Shown one piece after another: positions 9,659-18,200 of a stretch of DNA of 64,000 nucleotides (its first letter is position 1; every line of letters starts with the position of its first letter). A model generated the notes under the pieces. That model ran no database searches. It had not been told where the DNA came from and saw nothing but the letters and a program-made list of their open reading frames with translations. This DNA is from a virus. A program made the position numbers and the translations under genes. The stretch covers positions 32,001 to 96,000 of IMG/VR virus record IMGVR_UViG_3300045988_149331; one strand, written 5' to 3'.

Positions 9659-10605
9659 GGCCGCTTGTAGATTTTCTCAGCGCAGGGGCCGTCTTTCGAC
9701 ACGTCCTCAGCCATCTTCCGGATTTCCGGCGTGATAGGCGGCAGCGTTTGCTTACCCATTTTGTCAGGCAGGAAGCCGACGCGGACGCTTACGTGCGTAC
9801 ACCCCTGACACGGGCGGAAGCGGCGGTCGTTGTTGTACAGCATGACACGGGCGGCGTGAAAGCGCGGGTGGTTCCACAGGTCTTCGATGGGCATGTCGTG
9901 GATGTTGGCGATTGGGTACTCACCGCGGAAGTCATCACAGCACAGACACACCTGGCCATTCCACCTCACGTCCAGTTCGCGGAACGGGAAGGTGCACCGC
10001 TTGTTGTTGAACGAATCGTCAAGCGGGAAGGCCGCGCCGCAGTGGTTGGCCAGGCGACGTGTCATCTTGTTGGTGTCGTCGTGGGCGATAGGCGGCAGCA
10101 AGCAGATACGACGGCCCTGCTTGGGGTAGTAGTACGGAACGCCGGGTTCCAGCGTCACGACGTTGTACTTATCAACATCGATCTTCTCGACGAAATTCCA
10201 GTCGCCGTTGGCCGTGTAGCAGTCCACCAGAATATCGTTCATACCTGCTCCGAACAGCGCGTCGAGGTACGCCTCGGTGTCTTCAGCGTGGTTCATGGCG
10301 TAACCGTTACTGTACATATGAAACACAGCCTTCGGCAAGTGCTTGCGGAACGTGGCGACGATGTCGATGAAGGCAGGATTCAGCGTCGGTTCGCCGTGCA
10401 TAGCGAACACGAACTTACAGTTCCAACCCACCCGCGCTACCTCCGAAGCAATACGCTCGGCCGTTTCGACGGTCATGAAATTCCAGGGCTTGGTCCCCTT
10501 TTCACGCATACCGTGTAAACCGCAGAACGAACAACCGAGGTTACAGCCCTCGGTAGGTTCAATCTGCATGGTAAACGGGGGGTCTTGTACGATTTTGTTT
10601 TTCAT
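9646..10605 (-). CDS. Radical SAM enzyme with a SPASM/twitch-like Cys-rich C-terminal domain
   Basis: CNLGCSFCG is a CX3CX2C motif, followed by a GEPTLNP block. The C-terminus carries CTFPFRELDVRWNGQVCLCCDD and RPCQGC. Confidence 0.75.
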   Translation of the reverse strand: MKNKIVQDPPFTMQIEPTEGCNLGCSFCGLHGMREKGTKPWNFMTVETAERIASEVARVGWNCKFVFAMHGEPTLNPAFIDIVATFRKHLPKAVFHMYSNGYAMNHAEDTEAYLDALFGAGMNDILVDCYTANGDWNFVEKIDVDKYNVVTLEPGVPYYYPKQGRRICLLPPIAHDDTNKMTRRLANHCGAAFPLDDSFNNKRCTFPFRELDVRWNGQVCLCCDDFRGEYPIANIHDMPIEDLWNHPRFHAARVMLYNNDRRFRPCQGCTHVSVRVGFLPDKMGKQTLPPITPEIRKMAEDVSKDGPCAEKIYKRPWEK

Positions 10606-11537
10606 TATTTTGTAACTTTAATGTTGAGTTTCACGTTCTTTAACTTTGGGTCTTTGAACTGACGCTTGACGGGCTTGGTGAAAGCGCGGGTTGCGGGGTC
10701 CCAATCGAAATTATCAGGCTTGTAATTAACCTGACACCGGCAGTAGGGGTGCGTCGGGTTAATCGTAGGGAGCCACTCTGCCGCCTTACGACCGATGTTG
10801 TTACCGTTAGCGATAAGGTCCGCCAAACGGAACAGTTTCGGTTTCGAGGTAGGGTCCTCGGGGTCTTCTAAGTACAACTCCCGGCACTTAGCGCACGCGC
10901 CTGGATAGACGTCGAAATACACTTTGGCGTCAGGCCCGTGTTGCTTGAAAATACTTTCAGCACGGCCCACGTTGTAGGCTTCGTGCAGGAGATAGTACGC
11001 AATACGCAGCCAATCGCGTCCCCAGTCTTGGGTAAGGTTTCCCAGTTCGCTGGCTACATAGCGCGCCCCCTTACGGAGTTGAACGGCTTGAATGGCCTTA
11101 TCTTTGATTTGCTGGCGTATAGCGGCCTGCTGACGGAAATTCGACTTGAGGATGGTGTTGCGTGTCCCGGTGACGATACGGTTGCCAAGCGATGTGATGT
11201 CGGTGTAGGCGCGGTTCTTGAGGTAATTGAGGGCGTTCTCTTCCTGTTCAGTGAGCGGTACAAAGTTTCCTGATTTCAAGAACTGAAGAAACTGTTTGTA
11301 GTTCATCTTCTTGGCGCGGGTATCGCCGATAGCCTCAGCCAAGATTCCAAACAGAAAGGCGTGTTCGATTATACCCTTAGAGTTCTTGTACTTATCGACG
11401 TTGACGCCTGACGCCACCAAGATGTCGATCTCCGACTGGGTCAGAAAATCCAATCCGACGTGCTTAGCAATAAACAGGTACTGCCAGCGCCGGAGAATAC
11501 CGACCATGTCGTCTATTTGGCGGTTATTGAAAATCAT
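10605..11537 (-). CDS. Head morphogenesis protein, Mu F / SPP1 gp7 family
   Basis: The C-terminal NPTHPYCRCQVNY matches the HPNCRC signature of MuF-like proteins. It lies downstream of the portal and is separated from it by nine intervening genes. Confidence 0.65.
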   Translation of the reverse strand: MIFNNRQIDDMVGILRRWQYLFIAKHVGLDFLTQSEIDILVASGVNVDKYKNSKGIIEHAFLFGILAEAIGDTRAKKMNYKQFLQFLKSGNFVPLTEQEENALNYLKNRAYTDITSLGNRIVTGTRNTILKSNFRQQAAIRQQIKDKAIQAVQLRKGARYVASELGNLTQDWGRDWLRIAYYLLHEAYNVGRAESIFKQHGPDAKVYFDVYPGACAKCRELYLEDPEDPTSKPKLFRLADLIANGNNIGRKAAEWLPTINPTHPYCRCQVNYKPDNFDWDPATRAFTKPVKRQFKDPKLKNVKLNIKVTK

Positions 11538-12175
11538 CAGTCTTCAGTGCTCCAAGAGCCGTCGTTTTTTAATTCCCTGGCTTTTGGTCCATCAGATACA
11601 GTCTTCTTGATACCATATTCCCCAGGGCGTTCGTTTTCTTCACTCCGTACCTTGTTCGCAGTTTCCGCCGCTTTTTGATACGAACCACTCTTTACCTTCC
11701 GTAACAAACGAATGTCTTCTATCTTTATGGAATTTGGATATTTGCCCCCTATTTTGTTAACAAGTCCGTCTATTTTCACCTCAAAGCTATCGCCATCGCG
11801 GCTAACTATCTTCCCAACTGAATATGAATGATAACCGGAGCCGTTATTAACATGAACAATTACGACATCGCCATGGCTTAAATCGGAAGGTTCAACCTCG
11901 TGTCCTGAATTAAAATCCTCAACGGTGTACTGGTACAGTTTCTTGTTAGGTAATTTAATTGGCTTGAACTTAGGTTCTTTGTAAGGCATCCCAACGCGCC
12001 CTAATTTCCGATTTTCAGACGTGTCGGCGTATCGCCCGGTCTTCGAACGGGCTTTCTCCAACGCATCGCCGTCGGTTAGGTTTCCTTCAAAAGCACCTAT
12101 GGCTTTACACAAGTGGTCGTGGCGATATTGATTGGCTTCATGAAATGCCCTCGTCACTTCATCTACTACTCCCAT
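11537..12175 (-). CDS. Hypothetical virion-module protein with an NRKLGRVG leader motif and an SH3/Tudor-like segment
   Basis: EKARSKTGRYADTSENRKLGRVGMPY is shared with the ART protein. The segment GDVVIVHVNNGSGYHSYSVGKIVSRDGDSFEVKIDG looks SH3/Tudor-like. Confidence 0.6.
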   Translation of the reverse strand: MGVVDEVTRAFHEANQYRHDHLCKAIGAFEGNLTDGDALEKARSKTGRYADTSENRKLGRVGMPYKEPKFKPIKLPNKKLYQYTVEDFNSGHEVEPSDLSHGDVVIVHVNNGSGYHSYSVGKIVSRDGDSFEVKIDGLVNKIGGKYPNSIKIEDIRLLRKVKSGSYQKAAETANKVRSEENERPGEYGIKKTVSDGPKARELKNDGSWSTED

Positions 12176-12678
12176 AATCTTACTCGTGATTCATGGCCGT
12201 GTTTAACGGCAATTCTACCGTTGTTAAGGTCGATTTCAACGCTCTTATCGGTAAGTGCAACAACTTTTCCAGGCTTATAACAAAACCCATTTTCAGCGTT
12301 CCCCAACTTGACGATAACAGCTCTGTACTTGGTGAGTTCGGAAAAGTCTTTGATCTTGATGGCTTCTTCGTCAAACATCTTTTTCCAAAACCACTCGATA
12401 TCAGGCCAGAGGCGAACCTCTTCGTTAACCCCTAACGACGCTGTAATCGGCGCACCATTGGGGAACAAATTCACCTCACACTTACCATCACTGACGCGTG
12501 ATAGCGTACCGATGTTATACCTCACCTTCCCCTTATCATCCTTCACGCGAACGATGACTCGTACAGGGTAAGGCGGTGTTACCTTCAACGCGCTGTTAGC
12601 AGCGATTGTTGTGCCGATATGCCAAATCTTCTCAGCCTTCGCTGCTGACACGGCCCAAATTATTTTTCTTTGGTCCAT
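12166..12678 (-). CDS. Hypothetical protein with two SH3/Tudor-like repeats
   Basis: VRVIVRVKDDKGKVRYNIGTLSRVSDGKCEVNL and AVIVKLGNAENGFCYKPGKVVALTDKSVEIDL. Confidence 0.55.
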   Translation of the reverse strand: MDQRKIIWAVSAAKAEKIWHIGTTIAANSALKVTPPYPVRVIVRVKDDKGKVRYNIGTLSRVSDGKCEVNLFPNGAPITASLGVNEEVRLWPDIEWFWKKMFDEEAIKIKDFSELTKYRAVIVKLGNAENGFCYKPGKVVALTDKSVEIDLNNGRIAVKHGHESRVRLWE

Positions 12679-12850
12679 CTTCCTTTAATTCTTTTACCGC
12701 CGCAGCCGTAGCGTCGGCGATGTATTTTAGTACATCGCCTAACGCAGCGGCGTTGTTGGCGTTCCATTCGCGGATAAACCGATCTTCGTACTGAGTAACG
12801 GTGGGGAATGGCGACGGCAAAAAGTGGGTATGTTTGGCGTTGTAAGGCAT
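12632..12850 (-). CDS. Small hypothetical protein, start coupled (TAATG) to the ART gene stop
   Basis: 72-aa ORF. Its ATG shares base 12850 with the TAA stop of the ART gene. Confidence 0.45.
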   Translation of the reverse strand: MPYNAKHTHFLPSPFPTVTQYEDRFIREWNANNAAALGDVLKYIADATAAAVKELKEDGPKKNNLGRVSSEG

Positions 12851-14604
12851 TACTCTTGTTTGCTATCTTCCGGCAACCATTCCATTAAGACACGATTTCC
12901 TTCAATCTTATGGACCTTATAATTTTGGTCTCGGCCAATTAAAAATTCCCCCTCCTCTCCTCCGTAAACCCCTACTACTGGAGCAACCGGGCAACCCGCG
13001 GGAGCGATAATATCAAAATACATAGTCCCCTCGTCGTTGCTAATTTCAGGATAACATGTAGTGCTCATGAACGACTTATCGCTGAACACCTCCCCCTCCT
13101 TGAGATTTTTAACGAAATTATCTGCATCGTTTTCAAACGTAAGTTTCCTGTATAAAACGATATTTTGTCCCACTTTATTTTGAGAAATAAACGTATCAAT
13201 TCCGTTTATGAATTTATCCATTTTATCAGACGATACATCGACTTTGTTGCCGTAAAGGTATTTTCTCATTACAGCAAAGTCAAGATCATCATCTTCGTCA
13301 AAATCGTCATCATGGTCTGCGGAATATAAAACAATAGCTTTTACTGCATCCGAATCGCTTTCGTCCATGAAATCCTCATAAGCGTCAACAATCTTATCAA
13401 AGAATTCAGTTGCATCGTCGCTGTTTAATCGTATGAATTTTTCGCCGTTTATGTCCAACCCACTTTTCCGTAAAGCCCATTTGTACGCTCTATCGGCCTT
13501 TTTGAGAACTTTTTCATTCGCCTTGTCAGAGGGTAATCGCTCAATGTTTTTCGCAGTACTGTCGCCTGATAATGAAATATTAAAACGTTCATTATCTGCT
13601 TCAAATTTCTTTTGTTCTTCTGCTTTTTCCCTTTTAACATCCTCGCTTTTTACCCAAAAAGCGATAGCGTCGTCTTTTGTGTCTTCAGGCACGATATTAT
13701 TTCTTTTCAAGACATCAATCGCCTTTTTAGATAATTCTTCGGGGGTTAATTTATACTTTGAATACTGTTCGTCGGTCTTTCGTAATTTACTCAAAAAGAT
13801 GCCAGCTATCGTCTTTGGTGTATCGCTACCTCGTACTTGATCCAGCAAATCTTTTTCGAATTTCTCATCAACGGCATCTTCGTCTTTATTGTCGTCATCC
13901 TTTTCACTACCCTCCCTGGCGTCAGGATCGCCGAACTTGGACGCGGCTCCCTCGACGTCAGCGATCTCCTTCACCGTCGTGGTCTCGAAATTGTCAACAT
14001 CGGCGTAGGGGTATTTGTCCACGCGGTAGCCTTCGCTGGTCTTGGTGACTACCAGATCGAAGCCGTCTTCGTCGCCGCCGACCTGCTTGATGAACGCGTG
14101 AGAAGCGTCTTCGACTCCAGCGTACTGCTCCAGGTCCTGGTCGTCCATCTGACGGAAGCCCATGGACTCAAACGAGGCCGTCGCCTTGGCGTCACCGTCA
14201 GCCAGGCCGTTACGCAACGAGGCGTCGCCCTTCTTGTTCTTGGCGCGAACGTTCACGCCGCGGCGTTCGAGTTCTGCGGTGGCCACCTTGCGCATTTCAG
14301 CGTCAGCCGACGGATCGTTAGCCACTTTCACCAACGCCTCCTCCGAAGCCGAGCGGGCATGATTCTGGAGGCTGACGTTGCCTCCGGGAACGCCACCTTC
14401 ACCCCCCTCAGCCGCGGGGTCTTTCTCCTTGGCTGCGTGACCGTACTCCTGACCCACACGTTGCAAGCGGCGGTTTTGAGCGTTGTCGGTGTATACACCG
14501 TGACGCGCTTTTTCGATTTCTACCTCTTCAGTTTCGGGGATGTTGACGAACCCCTTGAGGATTTGCTGTCGTTTTGCCTCACCGTAGTTGATAATCTCTT
14601 TCAT
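12850..14604 (-). CDS. ADP-ribosyltransferase (R-S-E class) with a long N-terminal leader/linker
   Basis: C-terminal domain reads VLYRK (R), SFMSTTCY (STS-like) and GGEEGEFLIGR (ExE). The N-terminus has GVYTDNAQNRRLQRVGQEYG and a HEAT-like segment shared with the AAA+ protein. Confidence 0.7.
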   Translation of the reverse strand: MKEIINYGEAKRQQILKGFVNIPETEEVEIEKARHGVYTDNAQNRRLQRVGQEYGHAAKEKDPAAEGGEGGVPGGNVSLQNHARSASEEALVKVANDPSADAEMRKVATAELERRGVNVRAKNKKGDASLRNGLADGDAKATASFESMGFRQMDDQDLEQYAGVEDASHAFIKQVGGDEDGFDLVVTKTSEGYRVDKYPYADVDNFETTTVKEIADVEGAASKFGDPDAREGSEKDDDNKDEDAVDEKFEKDLLDQVRGSDTPKTIAGIFLSKLRKTDEQYSKYKLTPEELSKKAIDVLKRNNIVPEDTKDDAIAFWVKSEDVKREKAEEQKKFEADNERFNISLSGDSTAKNIERLPSDKANEKVLKKADRAYKWALRKSGLDINGEKFIRLNSDDATEFFDKIVDAYEDFMDESDSDAVKAIVLYSADHDDDFDEDDDLDFAVMRKYLYGNKVDVSSDKMDKFINGIDTFISQNKVGQNIVLYRKLTFENDADNFVKNLKEGEVFSDKSFMSTTCYPEISNDEGTMYFDIIAPAGCPVAPVVGVYGGEEGEFLIGRDQNYKVHKIEGNRVLMEWLPEDSKQE

Positions 14605-14632
14605 CGTATTGTTGTTTTATATGTTTCTTTTC

Positions 14633-14672
14633 CTACTACAAAAGGTAATGAAAATTCTCCAAACCGCCAATA
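14633..14672 (-). promoter_or_regulatory. Promoter-like cassette upstream of the ART gene
   Basis: Minus strand reads TTGGCGGTTTGGAGAATTTTCATTACCTTTTGTAGTAGGAAAAGAAAC. The TACCTTTTG box lies 42 nt from the ATG. Confidence 0.5.
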
Positions 14673-14679
14673 GTTTTTG

Positions 14680-15237
14680 TTAAAATTTTACACCAAAATC
14701 CACCGTATATCCCCAGTTATCATTAACCCTCATGGCTGAAGCACCTACCATGAACCGCTGGCGGAAATCGGCTCCGGCGGAGAACTTTTGTGTACCAAAG
14801 TCCAACGATGTGCCTATTTGGGCATAGCCTTGGATGAATGGTATGCGGGTTTGCACCGTGGTACGTTCTATTTCACGCACTCGTATCAGAGGATTGATAA
14901 TTGACGTAGCTTCAGTGATGGCGTTGCGGTTCACAGTGGCGTTCACCTTGAACGTTCCAATACTGTCGTTTGAAAAGTCCAGCGTGTAGTGCTTTGTAGC
15001 AAGATAATCAGCCAGCAACGCCGCGGTGTCGATTTCCCCTGGAAGGTAGATGGTGGTATCGCGTACGACGATATACGGCACCGGAACCTTCACTGTATCG
15101 CGGTATTCGACCGTGTCGTGCTTTGTATGCCACCTTTCAACGACTTTCGGGGGTTCGGGGATATAACTACCCCGCCCAAGAAAGAACGCGAAAATTAGGG
15201 CCGCTACAACGATAATTATGGATGCCGCAGTTTTCAT
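14680..15237 (-). CDS. Signal-anchored beta-rich protein ending in Phe (possible outer-membrane/spanin-like lysis accessory)
   Basis: The N-terminal hydrophobic helix is AASIIIVVAALIFAFFL. The C-terminus YTVDFGVKF is typical of outer-membrane beta proteins. Confidence 0.5.
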   Translation of the reverse strand: MKTAASIIIVVAALIFAFFLGRGSYIPEPPKVVERWHTKHDTVEYRDTVKVPVPYIVVRDTTIYLPGEIDTAALLADYLATKHYTLDFSNDSIGTFKVNATVNRNAITEATSIINPLIRVREIERTTVQTRIPFIQGYAQIGTSLDFGTQKFSAGADFRQRFMVGASAMRVNDNWGYTVDFGVKF

Positions 15238-15734
15238 GGACGTTTGCCGTTTTTGATCATATCCTCGTAGGCCACAATTGACGCTTCAAGATCACTGATG
15301 CGACGCTTGTATTCCTCGGCGGCGCGATTGGCTTCGCACTCATGTGTACGGAACTCCTCCATCAGGCGGTTATACTTATCACGATCGGCCTGGCGTTGAG
15401 CCTCGTATTCGTCGCGAATCTTGTTGAGTTCGTTACGAAAGTTGGTCATCATTTCGTTAGATAACCGCCGTTCGTTCTGTACCTCTTGGTAGAGGTTGTC
15501 GTAGCGTTCCTTCCACCACGACTCCTTCTTGTCCAACTCAGCCGCCAATACGTCATATCGCCCTTTCCAAAACTCTTCACCCTTGAGGTCGGCATCAGCC
15601 TGACTGGCGCGAACTTCCTGCTCGTATTTCTTACGATCGAGCATACGTGCTACAACGGCATAACCGATACTACCCACTCCAAATAGAAGTGAGATCACGG
15701 GGAAAATTGTAGTCATGAAAAGTCCGTCAGCCAT
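15234..15734 (-). CDS. N-terminal TM plus coiled-coil protein (i-spanin-like or holin-associated)
   Basis: TM segment is TTIFPVISLLFGVGSIGYAVV, followed by about 130 aa of charged heptad-like sequence. There is a 4-nt overlap with the downstream gene. Confidence 0.5.
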   Translation of the reverse strand: MADGLFMTTIFPVISLLFGVGSIGYAVVARMLDRKKYEQEVRASQADADLKGEEFWKGRYDVLAAELDKKESWWKERYDNLYQEVQNERRLSNEMMTNFRNELNKIRDEYEAQRQADRDKYNRLMEEFRTHECEANRAAEEYKRRISDLEASIVAYEDMIKNGKRP

Positions 15735-16296
15735 TGCGTTTCATTATTTCGTTAATGCGTATGCGAGCGGCCTTGGCGGCTTTAGCATATGCATTGTAAT
15801 TGTAATTCGAGCGGAGACACCTCAAGATTTCGTCAGCAAAAACCTTGATAATATCCACCTTGGCGTTTTGATAGGCGTCCATGTCGCCTTCATTAGTTAA
15901 CGTCGCTGGATAGATTATCAGTTTTACTTCCGCGCTTACACGATTGAAGAAACGATACCACTGGCGGTCGTACGAATCGACGAACGTAAATGACCTCCAA
16001 CGAATTTGAGGCGTGAGAATATCGTAGTGGTTTGAAAGATTATAGGCGAAATCCCGTGTTAACACAGGACAAACGCGGTTGAGTGTTAAACTACAGCCAT
16101 CGGCATGGTCATGGAAAAAGTCCACTGCCATGGCTACACCGTAGGTGCGATGAGGGCGAAAGTAGTTCCAAACGTCATAGGCGTTTCCTGTAACAACCTC
16201 CACGCGACGACGGCGTAGTTCGTCAGCCAGTTCGCGTACAAAACTACGGGCCTCGGTATTGAACCGCTTTGACGCTAAATAAACTACTCTACACAT
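15727..16296 (-). CDS. Possible degenerate Amidase_3-like protein
   Basis: Start moved to MCRVVYL (16296) to avoid a 73-nt overlap. Weak resemblance comes from E..FVRELADELRRRRVEV, VDFFHDHADG and LIIYPATLTNEGD...VFADEIL. Confidence 0.3.
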   Translation of the reverse strand: MCRVVYLASKRFNTEARSFVRELADELRRRRVEVVTGNAYDVWNYFRPHRTYGVAMAVDFFHDHADGCSLTLNRVCPVLTRDFAYNLSNHYDILTPQIRWRSFTFVDSYDRQWYRFFNRVSAEVKLIIYPATLTNEGDMDAYQNAKVDIIKVFADEILRCLRSNYNYNAYAKAAKAARIRINEIMKRNG

Positions 16297-16301
16297 GGCT
16301 G

Positions 16302-17930
16302 TTAGAGATAATCGATCTTCTGAATGAAACTCGTGAATCGTAATCTTGAACTTGAAATATACCCCGTTGCCCACGCTGTGAGCAAATAATATCCTGCAGA
16401 AGCCATGTTGTAGTCTTTAGACCCGTCACCATCAACCACACGAAGTGTTTGACCGTTGGAGACGTTACAATAGATGATCACCTGAATCGTGCCGCCAACA
16501 CTTTCGTTTGTGTAGGCATCCAGTGCTCCGGGATTATCCAAGAAGCCCAAATTCAGCGTCCACACAGCAGACGTTATTGACGATGCGTTGAGATTGTAAA
16601 AATAACGATACCCGAGTCGGACGTTGTACGTTGAACCGCCGGGCAGATTCGAAAATCCAACACTTCCGCCAACTATTCCAACGGCCATGTGTCGTTTCAG
16701 GACGTTACGTTCAAAAATTGACGATGAATCCACCAATTTCTTAAGTATTGGACCTGTATCGCCACCTGTAATGATCTGAGCAATATCGTCCCACAGCAAC
16801 TTGAATGCATCACGCACGCTTCCCTCGACGTCGATGAAACCCATGTAGTCGATGTCAGGAAAATCGGTCTGTTGGCCGCCTATTTTAATGTTCTTAGATT
16901 CGCCGTATTCCGAATCAATATCCAGAATAGCCTGATGGAGCAGCGCGATAGCCTTTTCGACGATATCCCCTGCTGCCGGCATGATGCCCTTGGTGTTAGG
17001 GTTGGGTGCGTAAGCCGACGAAAGACTCGCGCCAGTAGCCAGTTTGAGACGATTATACCAGCCTTGAATCTTGTTGAAAGCGGCGGTTATATCGTCGTTG
17101 GGTGTGAGGTCTTGTGGAGCAGCCACCGTAGCCGTTACGGGATTAACCTCGATCAACTTTGAGGTAAATATCATCTCACGCGAGTTGTTCTGCCAGTCCC
17201 GGACTATATCTTGTACGTCCTTGAAGACCTTATCCATTGCGGCGTAATCGGCCGTGTATTGCTTGTAACCGATAACGGTAGTATCGTCCGTCTGTTCCGA
17301 GACGATGACGCCTTTCATTGCCGCTGAAAAGTTGAAATACAACCCGTCAACAAACGCCAACGAGTTCTTCGGTGACTTAGATATCAGCGACTGAATAGTA
17401 CGCTTCACCAGTGTGGTGTTCTCTCCAACCATACGCATGCCGTACAATACGTCAGTCATGGCGGGGTTGTCGGTAACGGACTGGAACTGGAAATTGAGTT
17501 TAGAAGTCGCAGCGTCAAACGTCGCGACGACGTTATCGAAGAAATAGTTCGTGGAGGCGACGTACTGCGTAGTAGTCCCCTGGCCTGCGAGGTCTTCGAC
17601 GATGATGTTGTTTTGCTTGTCCACGTACTGGACACGCGTCGAACCCACCACCCAGACCATAGTGTTCCAGTTGGCGTCAGAGTCGCGTTTAACGACGTGA
17701 TAGAACGCACCGATAGGCAAGCCGCCGGGGAGGTTCGCTTTATTGATAAGGGCGTTGAAATCGGCTATTTCAGCGACAATTGCCTGCGACATCGGCACCC
17801 ACTCCCCCAACGACTGGTTGTAACTCTTGTGGAGGCCGTCGGTGGTGTCGTACCAGATGATGGCCTGATTAGAGGGGGCGGTTGCGCCGATCGATATGCC
17901 GGCAATTGTTCCGATGTCTACAGTTGCCAT
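16302..17930 (-). CDS. Virion structural protein, fibre-like N-terminus
   Basis: The N-terminal APSNQAIIWYDTTDGLHKSYNQSLGEWVP resembles the conserved N-terminal peptide of many phage fibre proteins. The ORF is 542 aa. Confidence 0.4.
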   Translation of the reverse strand: MATVDIGTIAGISIGATAPSNQAIIWYDTTDGLHKSYNQSLGEWVPMSQAIVAEIADFNALINKANLPGGLPIGAFYHVVKRDSDANWNTMVWVVGSTRVQYVDKQNNIIVEDLAGQGTTTQYVASTNYFFDNVVATFDAATSKLNFQFQSVTDNPAMTDVLYGMRMVGENTTLVKRTIQSLISKSPKNSLAFVDGLYFNFSAAMKGVIVSEQTDDTTVIGYKQYTADYAAMDKVFKDVQDIVRDWQNNSREMIFTSKLIEVNPVTATVAAPQDLTPNDDITAAFNKIQGWYNRLKLATGASLSSAYAPNPNTKGIMPAAGDIVEKAIALLHQAILDIDSEYGESKNIKIGGQQTDFPDIDYMGFIDVEGSVRDAFKLLWDDIAQIITGGDTGPILKKLVDSSSIFERNVLKRHMAVGIVGGSVGFSNLPGGSTYNVRLGYRYFYNLNASSITSAVWTLNLGFLDNPGALDAYTNESVGGTIQVIIYCNVSNGQTLRVVDGDGSKDYNMASAGYYLLTAWATGYISSSRLRFTSFIQKIDYL

Positions 17931-17942
17931 AATAGGAAACGT

Positions 17943-18200
17943 TTAGCGTGAATATAGGTAGGCGGTACGGTCGTCCCAAACGAAATTGAAACTCATATCC
18001 CCTTGAGGATATTCCGTGATGGTAATGCCGTTGGCGGTTGTTTCACGTTCGATACGCCAGCCCGGCTCTCCCTGGCCTGTGCCGATAGGGGCATATCCGC
18101 GATACACGGTCCCCTCAGTGGAAGCGTCGATGATAGGCTTCGGCATGGCCTCCGAAAGCAACTGCACGATGGGTGCAGTATTCTTCTCGTTACTCGTCAT
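17943..18200 (-). CDS. Small hypothetical protein downstream of the portal
   Basis: 85-aa ORF overlapping the portal stop by 11 nt. Confidence 0.5.
   Translation of the reverse strand: MTSNEKNTAPIVQLLSEAMPKPIIDASTEGTVYRGYAPIGTGQGEPGWRIERETTANGITITEYPQGDMSFNFVWDDRTAYLYSR

Noticed and set aside
15727-16374. 215-aa version of the amidase-like ORF
   Set aside because: The first 26 codons overlap the 3' end of the 542-aa gene. The internal Met at 16296 leaves a 5-nt gap, which is typical of this genome.
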